64,000 nt of DNA from Bacteroidales bacterium (GTDB lineage: Bacteria > Bacteroidota > Bacteroidia > Bacteroidales > VadinHA17): contig JAWLEO010000012.1 in the NCBI GenBank assembly GCA_041686075.1, positions 9,659 through 73,658 on the forward strand, written 5' to 3'. The notes under the pieces were generated by a model that did not search any database, was not told the DNA's origin, and saw only the letters and a program-made list of their open reading frames with translations. Position 1 is the first letter of the stretch, and each line of letters starts with the position of its first letter. Made by a program: the position numbers and the translations under genes. This document shows positions 57,614 to 64,000 of this stretch, in pieces.

Positions 57614-60040
57614 ATGAAAGATAAGCTCTTAACTCCCATAATAGGCGCTGTCACTGCACTGCTTATTACCGGGATGCTGGCATGTTCGCCAGAAAATCCC
57701 CGTGAAAAAATCAACTTTAACACGGGATGGAAATTCCACCATGGCGACTACGATAATGCACAACTACCTGGCTACGAGGATAGTGGATGGAGGCTCCTGA
57801 ACCTGCCTCACGACTGGAGTATTGAAGGGGAATTCAGCAAAGACCATCCTGCTACCGTAGGAGGAGGAGCCCTTCCCGGAGGTATCGGATGGTACAGGAA
57901 GACATTCAGCCTTGACAGGAAAAATTCGGGTAAGTTATTCTATATTGAATTTGACGGGGTGTACCGTAATAGCGAAGTATGGATAAATGGCCATTACCTG
58001 GGTAAGCGACCATATGGGTACAGTTCATTCAGGTATGAACTTAGCCCTTACCTTGATTTCGGTGATAAAAAGAATGTTATAGCGGTGAGGGTTGATAATT
58101 CCCGGCAGCCCAATTCGAGATGGTACAGCGGCTCAGGAATATACAGGAACGTCTGGCTCCTATCAACAGGGAAAATCGCAGTTGATCATTGGGGAACCTT
58201 TGTAAGCACTTCCTCCGTAAGTAAGGATTCAGCCCTGGTAAAGGTTGAAACAAAAATACTTGACAGGGCAGATGACACGGACGAACTTAGCCTGATCACA
58301 TCGGTGTATGATAAAGAAGGTGACCTGCTTACTTCAGTAAAGACCGATAATATCAATGCAGGTGATAGCACTTTTACAATAAACCAGGAATTGGGGATTG
58401 AGAATCCCATTCTCTGGTCCGACACCAATCCTTACCTCTACAGGGTGGTTTCAGAGATAAAGGTGGGAAGAAAGCTTTCTGACAGGTACGAGACTACTAT
58501 GGGAATCAGGTATTTTGACTTCGATAACGATAAAGGCCTTATATTGAATGGTGATCCTGTAAAGATACACGGTGTATGCAATCACCATGACCTGGGCTGC
58601 CTGGGTGCGGCAATTAACACCAGGGCCATTGAACGGCGCCTGGAACTGCTGAAAGAAATGGGCTGCAATGGCATAAGGACTGCACATAACCCACCTTCCC
58701 CCGAACTCCTTGACCTCTGCGACAGGATGGGCTTCATCGTTATGGATGAAGCATTTGACATGTGGAAAATGAAAAAATCAGAATACGACTACAGCATCTA
58801 CTGGGATGAATGGCACAGAAAAGATCTTAAAGACCTGGTTTTACGTGACCGTAACCATCCCAGTGTTTTTATATGGAGCATAGGCAATGAAATACTTGAA
58901 CAGTGGGATACAACAGGAATAAGCATAGCGAGGGAACTGGCGGGTATCGTCCGGAATCTCGATGATACAAGGCCTCTAACGGCAGGATGCAATAATCCCG
59001 CACCTCATAACTATGTTATCCGCTCAGATGCACTTGACCTTATCGGCTATAATTACCACGAAGAAATATTTGCGGATTTCCCTGCAGATTTTCCCGGTGA
59101 GAAATTCATTGCCACCGAAACAACATCCGCCCTGGCTACCCGGGGTAGTTATGACATGCCCTCGGATTCAATACGCAGATGGCCCGTGAGATGGGACCTG
59201 GCCTTCAATGAAGGGAATGATGACCTTACATGCTCATCATATGATAATTGCAGCACACCATGGGGCTCAACACACGAAGAAACATGGTCGATTGTGAAAA
59301 AGTACGATTTCCTTTCCGGAATGTTTGTATGGACCGGCTATGACTACCTGGGTGAACCCACACCATATACATGGCCTGCCCGCAGTTCCTACTTCGGCAT
59401 CCTTGACCTGTGCGGCTTTCCCAAGGATGCTTATTACTTCTATAAAAGCGAATGGACCAACAGCCCGGTCCTCCATGTCTTCCCCCACTGGAACTGGACG
59501 TCCGGCAAGCTGGTGGACATATGGGCATATACCAACTGTGAGGAGGTTGAACTCTTCCTTAACGATAAATCCCTTGGGGTGAAAAAGAAAAACAGCGATA
59601 AACTACACCTCCAATGGAAAGTGCCTTTTGAGCCGGGAAAACTTGTGGCTCTTGGAAAAACCAATGGCAGCGAAGTACTGAGGAAAGAGGTGCATACGGC
59701 AGGTGAACCAGAAAGGATAGACCTGTCGGCCGACCGCAGCAGCATTGATTCAGACGGATCTGACCTTTCCTTTATCACGGTAACAGTGGTGGATAAAAAC
59801 GGAATCCAGGTACCCTATGCCGATAACCTGGTAAGCTTTGCCATTGAAGGTGATGCCTCCATAGCCGGTGTGGATAACGGGAGCCAGACCAGCATGGAAC
59901 CTTTTAAGGCCAGTAAGCGAAAAGCATTCCATGGCAAATGCTTACTGGTCGTAAAAGCAGGAAATAAACAGGGAGAAATTACAATAACAGCTTCATCGGA
60001 TGGTCTTAAAAGTGACACTATTAAACTTAATTTGAAATAA
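57614..60040 (+). CDS. Glycoside hydrolase family 2 (beta-galactosidase-like)
   Basis: 808 aa with INFNTGWKFH, FDGVYRNSEVWINGH, NHPSVFIWSIGNE and a C-terminal Ig-like domain. Confidence 0.88.
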   Translation: MKDKLLTPIIGAVTALLITGMLACSPENPREKINFNTGWKFHHGDYDNAQLPGYEDSGWRLLNLPHDWSIEGEFSKDHPATVGGGALPGGIGWYRKTFSLDRKNSGKLFYIEFDGVYRNSEVWINGHYLGKRPYGYSSFRYELSPYLDFGDKKNVIAVRVDNSRQPNSRWYSGSGIYRNVWLLSTGKIAVDHWGTFVSTSSVSKDSALVKVETKILDRADDTDELSLITSVYDKEGDLLTSVKTDNINAGDSTFTINQELGIENPILWSDTNPYLYRVVSEIKVGRKLSDRYETTMGIRYFDFDNDKGLILNGDPVKIHGVCNHHDLGCLGAAINTRAIERRLELLKEMGCNGIRTAHNPPSPELLDLCDRMGFIVMDEAFDMWKMKKSEYDYSIYWDEWHRKDLKDLVLRDRNHPSVFIWSIGNEILEQWDTTGISIARELAGIVRNLDDTRPLTAGCNNPAPHNYVIRSDALDLIGYNYHEEIFADFPADFPGEKFIATETTSALATRGSYDMPSDSIRRWPVRWDLAFNEGNDDLTCSSYDNCSTPWGSTHEETWSIVKKYDFLSGMFVWTGYDYLGEPTPYTWPARSSYFGILDLCGFPKDAYYFYKSEWTNSPVLHVFPHWNWTSGKLVDIWAYTNCEEVELFLNDKSLGVKKKNSDKLHLQWKVPFEPGKLVALGKTNGSEVLRKEVHTAGEPERIDLSADRSSIDSDGSDLSFITVTVVDKNGIQVPYADNLVSFAIEGDASIAGVDNGSQTSMEPFKASKRKAFHGKCLLVVKAGNKQGEITITASSDGLKSDTIKLNLK

Positions 60041-60045
60041 ATATT

Positions 60046-61428
60046 ATGATACCAAAATTTAGTGCTTTGTTGACTAAAAGTCTTATTGCTATTTTTTTAA
60101 TCTCACTTATTACCATGACAAATAGCTGCAACACAAAGGAACAGCAGGAGGAAAAAGAGTATATCACTGTCAGTGATGGCATGTTCATTGAGCCTGGTGG
60201 TGAACCCTATTATTTCATAGGTGCAAACTACTGGTATGGAGCAATTCTGGGTTCCCAGGGTGAGTACGGCGACCGCGAGCGGCTTATCAGGGAACTCGAT
60301 CACCTGGATAGTATCGGGGTTGACAATCTAAGGATACTGGTGGGCGCCGAGGGGCCCAATGGGGAACCCACAAGGGTGACACCTGCCCTGCAGGTATCGC
60401 CGGGAGAATATAACGAGGACCTGCTTGACGGACTTGACTTCCTGTTGGCCGAAATGAAGAAACGTGACCAGTATGCCATTCTTTATCTCAATAACAGCTG
60501 GGAATGGTCAGGTGGCTTTTCTCAATACCTTAACTGGAACGGCTATGGGCCCATACCTTACCCTGCCCTCCCGGACAATTCATACCAGGAATTTACGGAA
60601 TATGCCTCACAGTTTAACGATTGCGATGAATGCATAAGGCAATTCCATGATCATGTAAGGTTCATACTTGGCCGTACTAATAAATATACGGGACTTAAAT
60701 ACACAGAAGATCCCACGATAATGACCTGGGAAATCGCGAATGAACCGAGGGCCTTTGCCGGGGAACAACTGCCTGCCTTTATGGATATGATAGCGGCTAC
60801 AGCCGCCCTTTTCAAAGAACTGGATACTAATCACCTGGTAACGACAGGAACGGAGGGGCTGCATGGATGTGAATACTCCAGGGAAGCATTTGAAAAGATA
60901 CACTCCGATCCTAATATCGACTACCTCACCATGCATATATGGCCAAAGAACTGGGGGTGGATGGATACCTCAGCACCTGATGCCGGTTCAAGCATAGACA
61001 GCAGCATAATAAAAACAAACAGGTATATGAGATATCATATTGATGTTGCCAGGGAATTTAATAAACCAATTGTGCTGGAAGAATTTGGCATGCCACGTGA
61101 CAATTATGGCTTCGATCCCGGTGAGAGTGTGTCATACCGTAACATGTATTACAAAAATGCATTCGAGAAGCTACTTGAACATGTGGACAGCAGGGGTGTA
61201 CTTGCAGGATGTAACTTCTGGGCCTACTCAGGCGAAGGCCGGTCGGGCGGTGAAAGTATATTCTGGGAACCGGGGGATGACTACCTGGGTGATCCTCCTC
61301 AGGAAGAGCAGGGACTGTATTCCGTATTTGACAGCGATACAACGACTATAAATCTCATAGCTGGATATAACAGGATGCTAAAAAATCAGCTGAGGGCAAA
61401 TAAAACAAAAGAAAGCCAGAAATATTAG
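60046..61428 (+). CDS. Glycoside hydrolase family 5 (cellulase superfamily; possibly beta-mannanase-like)
   Basis: 460 aa with GANYWYG, WEIANEPR (acid/base) and VLEEFG (nucleophile). The subfamily and substrate are not resolvable by eye. Confidence 0.65.
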   Translation: MIPKFSALLTKSLIAIFLISLITMTNSCNTKEQQEEKEYITVSDGMFIEPGGEPYYFIGANYWYGAILGSQGEYGDRERLIRELDHLDSIGVDNLRILVGAEGPNGEPTRVTPALQVSPGEYNEDLLDGLDFLLAEMKKRDQYAILYLNNSWEWSGGFSQYLNWNGYGPIPYPALPDNSYQEFTEYASQFNDCDECIRQFHDHVRFILGRTNKYTGLKYTEDPTIMTWEIANEPRAFAGEQLPAFMDMIAATAALFKELDTNHLVTTGTEGLHGCEYSREAFEKIHSDPNIDYLTMHIWPKNWGWMDTSAPDAGSSIDSSIIKTNRYMRYHIDVAREFNKPIVLEEFGMPRDNYGFDPGESVSYRNMYYKNAFEKLLEHVDSRGVLAGCNFWAYSGEGRSGGESIFWEPGDDYLGDPPQEEQGLYSVFDSDTTTINLIAGYNRMLKNQLRANKTKESQKY

Positions 61429-61491
61429 CCATGATAGGGCTTTCTTATTTATAGTATTTTTAGTATTTTTGTTATCCTGAATTTAAAATAT

Positions 61492-61546
61492 GGCCGGTTG
61501 GCCGAGTGGTTAGGTCCCGAGTCCTCGGGACAAAACCGCGTACGGC
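61492..61546 (+). pseudogene. Decayed 5' fragment of tRNA-Cys (copy a)
   Basis: ggccggttggccgagtggttagg matches copy c except at one base. The anticodon stem region is replaced by the hairpin gtcccgag tc ctcgggac (61514-61531). The match resumes at aaaaccgcgtacggc, and there is no T-arm. Confidence 0.7.
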
Positions 61547-61553
61547 AATGAAT

Positions 61554-61670
61554 GGTCGGTTGGCCGAGTGGTTAGGCGCTGGTCTGCAAAACCGGTTACG
61601 GCGGTTCAAACCGAGCCACGAGGAATCGTGGCGAGCTCGCCGAACGAAGTGAGGCAATCCGCCACCGCTG
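61554..61670 (+). pseudogene. tRNA-Cys copy b, interrupted in the T-loop by a 47-nt GC-rich insert and with a broken 3' acceptor strand
   Basis: Positions 61554-61610 are 57/57 identical to copy c. The insert (61611-61657) contains the hairpin gccacga ggaa tcgtggc and the palindrome gcgagctcgc. Positions 61658-61667 (tccgccaccg) match copy c again, then ctg replaces acc. Confidence 0.7.
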
Positions 61671-61711
61671 ATTTAAGTGAAGGAAAGTTCTTTAAAATTA
61701 AGCAAAAATAT

Positions 61712-61782
61712 GGTCGGTTGGCCGAGTGGTTAGGCGCTGGTCTGCAAAACCGGTTACGGCGGTTCAAATCCGCCACCGACCT
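61712..61782 (+). tRNA. tRNA-Cys (anticodon GCA)
   Basis: Folded by hand. The acceptor stem is GGTCGGT/ACCGACC. The D-arm is GCC-GAGTGGTTA-GGC. The anticodon stem is CTGGT/ACCGG with loop CTGCAAA. The T-arm is GGCGG-TTCAAAT-CCGCC. CCA is not encoded. Confidence 0.85.
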
Positions 61783-61790
61783 CAGAATAA

Positions 61791-61828
61791 AATCGCAACT
61801 ACTTGATTAACAGTGGTTGCGATTTTTG
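61791..61828 (+). terminator. Intrinsic terminator after tRNA-Cys
   Basis: A 9-bp stem aatcgcaac/gttgcgatt (61791-61799 / 61816-61824) runs into tttttg. Confidence 0.65.
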
Positions 61829-62019
61829 TCTATGTCATTTTGCCCCGCCAGCGTCCCATAAACCAATCAATAATATGTATCTGGAAGGATATTAGCAGAT
61901 ATAAGCCAAGCTAACAATCCAAGTAATAGGAATGATTTAAACATGGAACAGATTTACTATTTGAAAGAAAAGAGCGAATAAATACTTGGTAATATTATAT
62001 AAGGTAGGCTAAACAGTTA

Positions 62020-62214
62020 TCAAGAGCGAGTAAAGGAACTATACTCCTCTTGAATGCCTTCCTCACTCAGCTTATCACAAATCTCTGATAGCTCTCTTAT
62101 ACGCTCATTCTCAACTGGGTCAAATTCATAAGAAATCTGATATACCTCCTCTTGTTCTTTTATTGCTTCTTCTAATTTCTTAAATAATATTTGATACTCA
62201 ATATGTGGTTCCAT
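62020..62214 (-). CDS. Hypothetical 64-aa strongly acidic protein
   Basis: ATG start 10 nt downstream of the protease gene on the same strand. The sequence is E/D-rich and predicted helical. I recognise no family. Confidence 0.4.
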   Translation of the reverse strand: MEPHIEYQILFKKLEEAIKEQEEVYQISYEFDPVENERIRELSEICDKLSEEGIQEEYSSFTRS

Positions 62215-62224
62215 CTTACCTTTT

Positions 62225-63385
62225 TTACGTTATAATTTTTTTGCCTGTTTTCGATTCAATGTCAAGTCTTAATGGAGTAAGGGGTGTTTTAGTGCCACAA
62301 TTTGGACATACAAATATATTATCTTTTGGGAAAGGAACTACATTTTTCTGTAAAGGTATGTCTTTTTTAAAGGCGGCCTGAATCTTCGTTATAGCTTTGC
62401 ATTTAGGACATTTAAAGTCGATTAGTGCAGTATTCAAATTCTTTTGTCCTGGCTTGCTTTGAATAGGGGCATCCTGTTGTGTAAAAGTATATATTTGGCT
62501 GGTTATTGTTTCGTAAAGTTTATAAATCCCAGTCATATCAAAAGTCATCTGTAGCAAGGTATAGTATCTTTCTATTGCATCACAAAGTGTAGGATGCGTC
62601 TCATAATTTGTAATTCGTAAACGTAATTCTTCAAGGTCATCTAACCTAATAGATTTTCCATGGGTTAGCCATTTACTATGTTTACACAAAGCCGCTGCTA
62701 TAGTATCAGCTCTTGATTGCTTTTCCTTTTTAGTAACTGGTTTGCCAGTTGAGCTATGTTTTTCCCAGGTTCGAAATTTATACTCAGATAGCCATTTCTT
62801 GACCAATGTTTTTGAAAAGTCCTGAGCATTCTTTGAATGTTGAATTTCGGCAGGAGAAATCGACTGAAGGATCGGTATATAGGCGGCATTCAACTTCCCC
62901 GATGTTTGAACCTCTTTTTTAATCTCATCTAATCCATCTAAAAATGCATCAGCGGAAAATCTTTTCCCATTGTGCAATATTTGAGCATCTATTGGACCGA
63001 GAGCAGAAGTATTTCCCATTAGGATTTCATCCGCTGCCATCGTAAAAATGGTACCCGCACTTTTTGCTGTTCCTGGAATGATTATGCTCACTCTTTGAAA
63101 TTTCTTCCTAAGCAAATGTACCATATCCTCCACCACTTCTGCAAGACCTCCAGGTGTCTCAAGAATTATATCAATCGAATCTCCTTTTACTTGGTTTAAC
63201 TGGTCTTTAAAAGGCATCAAATCTTGCGGAAGAATCTGAGTATTAGGCTTTCTGGCCCAATCACTTGCATATACTAAGATTTCATTCTCTCGAATAGAAC
63301 TAATCCGCTTAAGTTGTTTCTTACGCTCATTCGAGACTTGGTCAAAGTTTAAATGCTTATTTAAATATTCTGAATAAATACTCAT
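62225..63385 (-). CDS. ClpP/SppA-fold serine proteinase (SDH-family-like) with C-terminal CxxC...CxxC zinc ribbon
   Basis: ILETPGGLAEVVEDMV...IIIPGTAKSAGTIFTMAADEILMG parallels the ClpP nucleophile-serine region. The C-terminus carries CPKCKAIT...CPNCGTKT. Confidence 0.65.
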   Translation of the reverse strand: MSIYSEYLNKHLNFDQVSNERKKQLKRISSIRENEILVYASDWARKPNTQILPQDLMPFKDQLNQVKGDSIDIILETPGGLAEVVEDMVHLLRKKFQRVSIIIPGTAKSAGTIFTMAADEILMGNTSALGPIDAQILHNGKRFSADAFLDGLDEIKKEVQTSGKLNAAYIPILQSISPAEIQHSKNAQDFSKTLVKKWLSEYKFRTWEKHSSTGKPVTKKEKQSRADTIAAALCKHSKWLTHGKSIRLDDLEELRLRITNYETHPTLCDAIERYYTLLQMTFDMTGIYKLYETITSQIYTFTQQDAPIQSKPGQKNLNTALIDFKCPKCKAITKIQAAFKKDIPLQKNVVPFPKDNIFVCPNCGTKTPLTPLRLDIESKTGKKIIT

Positions 63386-63449
63386 AGCTTACTATTTACT
63401 ATTTTGAATATACAAGTTAAGTCATTTTCTCTTCCTTTCAAAATTGCAT

Positions 63450-64000
63450 TCATAATTCACCCCAAACCTTTGCTATCCGGTCTTTAATCTTTTGTTCATA
63501 CTTTTGAACTAATCCCATATTTGAATCTATAATACGCTGTTCTTCTTCAAGATTGTCAACAATATGATCCTGTACATCCAAGTTCGGCATGGGTATTTTC
63601 ATCCTCTTTATTATTGTTTGACTAATATTGGGTTGTGCACCACCGGCACATTGAGAAATCAGAAATTCAGTTTGGCCTAACAGATAGTAAAAAAGAAACT
63701 CTGGTATGAAGTTTTTATTTGGTAATACAGCACATACAGCCTGATTGGTAGTTGAGCTAATTTTTAAAAGTCCAATTTTCCCGGCAGTTGCACCATACAT
63801 TGCAATTAGTACAGTATCAATGGGGAACAATTTTGCTGATGAATTTTTTAAGCCAATATCAGTTATAGTTTCTTCAACAGAATAAATTTTACCTTTTGCC
63901 ACTTCTCCACTTTTCAGCCAAGGTATATTACCTCCATAGTATTCTGATCTACTTTTTAGTGGAGTCCCTCCTGATGATGTCTCACAAACCTTACCCAACT
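63450..64000 (-). CDS. hsdS: Type I restriction-modification specificity subunit (C-terminal part; N-terminus beyond window)
   Basis: TRD motifs GGTPLKSRSEYYGGNIPWLKSGE, IAMYGATAGK and NQAVCAV are followed by a conserved C-terminal helix (EEQRIIDSNMGLVQKYEQKIKDRIAKVWGEL). The track's M at 63998 is a TTG artefact. Confidence 0.85.
   Translation of the reverse strand, partial: LGKVCETSSGGTPLKSRSEYYGGNIPWLKSGEVAKGKIYSVEETITDIGLKNSSAKLFPIDTVLIAMYGATAGKIGLLKISSTTNQAVCAVLPNKNFIPEFLFYYLLGQTEFLISQCAGGAQPNISQTIIKRMKIPMPNLDVQDHIVDNLEEEQRIIDSNMGLVQKYEQKIKDRIAKVWGEL

Noticed and set aside
61611-61657. 47-nt insert in tRNA-Cys copy b as a genuine tRNA intron
   Set aside because: Known bacterial tRNA introns are group I introns of more than 200 nt in the anticodon loop. 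This insert is in the T-loop, is too short for a ribozyme, and the 3' acceptor strand of this copy no longer pairs.
61472-61810. ORFs 61472..61657 (-) and 61568..61810 (+)
   Set aside because: They run through the three tRNA-Cys copies and the GC-rich insert. tRNA-derived sequence explains the open frames.

Overview
This is a 64-kb chromosomal segment from a Bacteroidota-type genome. The taxonomic call is an inference from a SusC/SusD pair, T9SS C-terminal sorting domains, an S46 dipeptidyl-peptidase, TAnnTTTG -7 promoter boxes and a methylmalonyl-CoA mutase operon. About 90% of the window is coding. Most of it is core housekeeping: dapD, tsaC, rimM, rpsP, dnaE, trxA, ribD, prmC, recX, mutA/mutB, prfB (with its programmed +1 frameshift), rnhB and rnhA. 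Interleaved with these are many exported peptidases (S9, C10, S46, M20, M1, M28), three glycosyltransferases, two tandem DUF5916/CBM9-like paralogs and a GH31-GH2-GH5 operon. There is one intact tRNA (Cys-GCA). I found no rRNA, no CRISPR array, and no transposase or integrase gene. The ORF track translates alternative start codons (TTG) as M, so several starts were moved to the first plausible ATG. One long minus-strand gene (1..2404) is missing from the track because its stop lies outside the window. Five regions look most worth a second look. (1) The right edge: tRNA-Cys is preceded by two decayed copies, one split by a 47-nt GC-rich palindromic insert. It is followed by AT-richer cargo carrying hsdS, a ClpP-fold serine protease with a zinc ribbon, and a small acidic protein. 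(2) An operon encodes a secreted TPR/caspase-like protease and a beta-propeller sensor fused to a PP2C phosphatase. (3) Short 7-8-nt tandem repeats abut the stop codons of four consecutive genes at 46-53.5 kb, together with small GC-rich hairpin insertions. (4) A secreted protein combines a collagen stalk with a C1q-like head. (5) rpsP carries a very long E/K/A repeat tail. None of these can be shown to be a novel system from sequence alone, and all function calls rest on motif recognition by eye.
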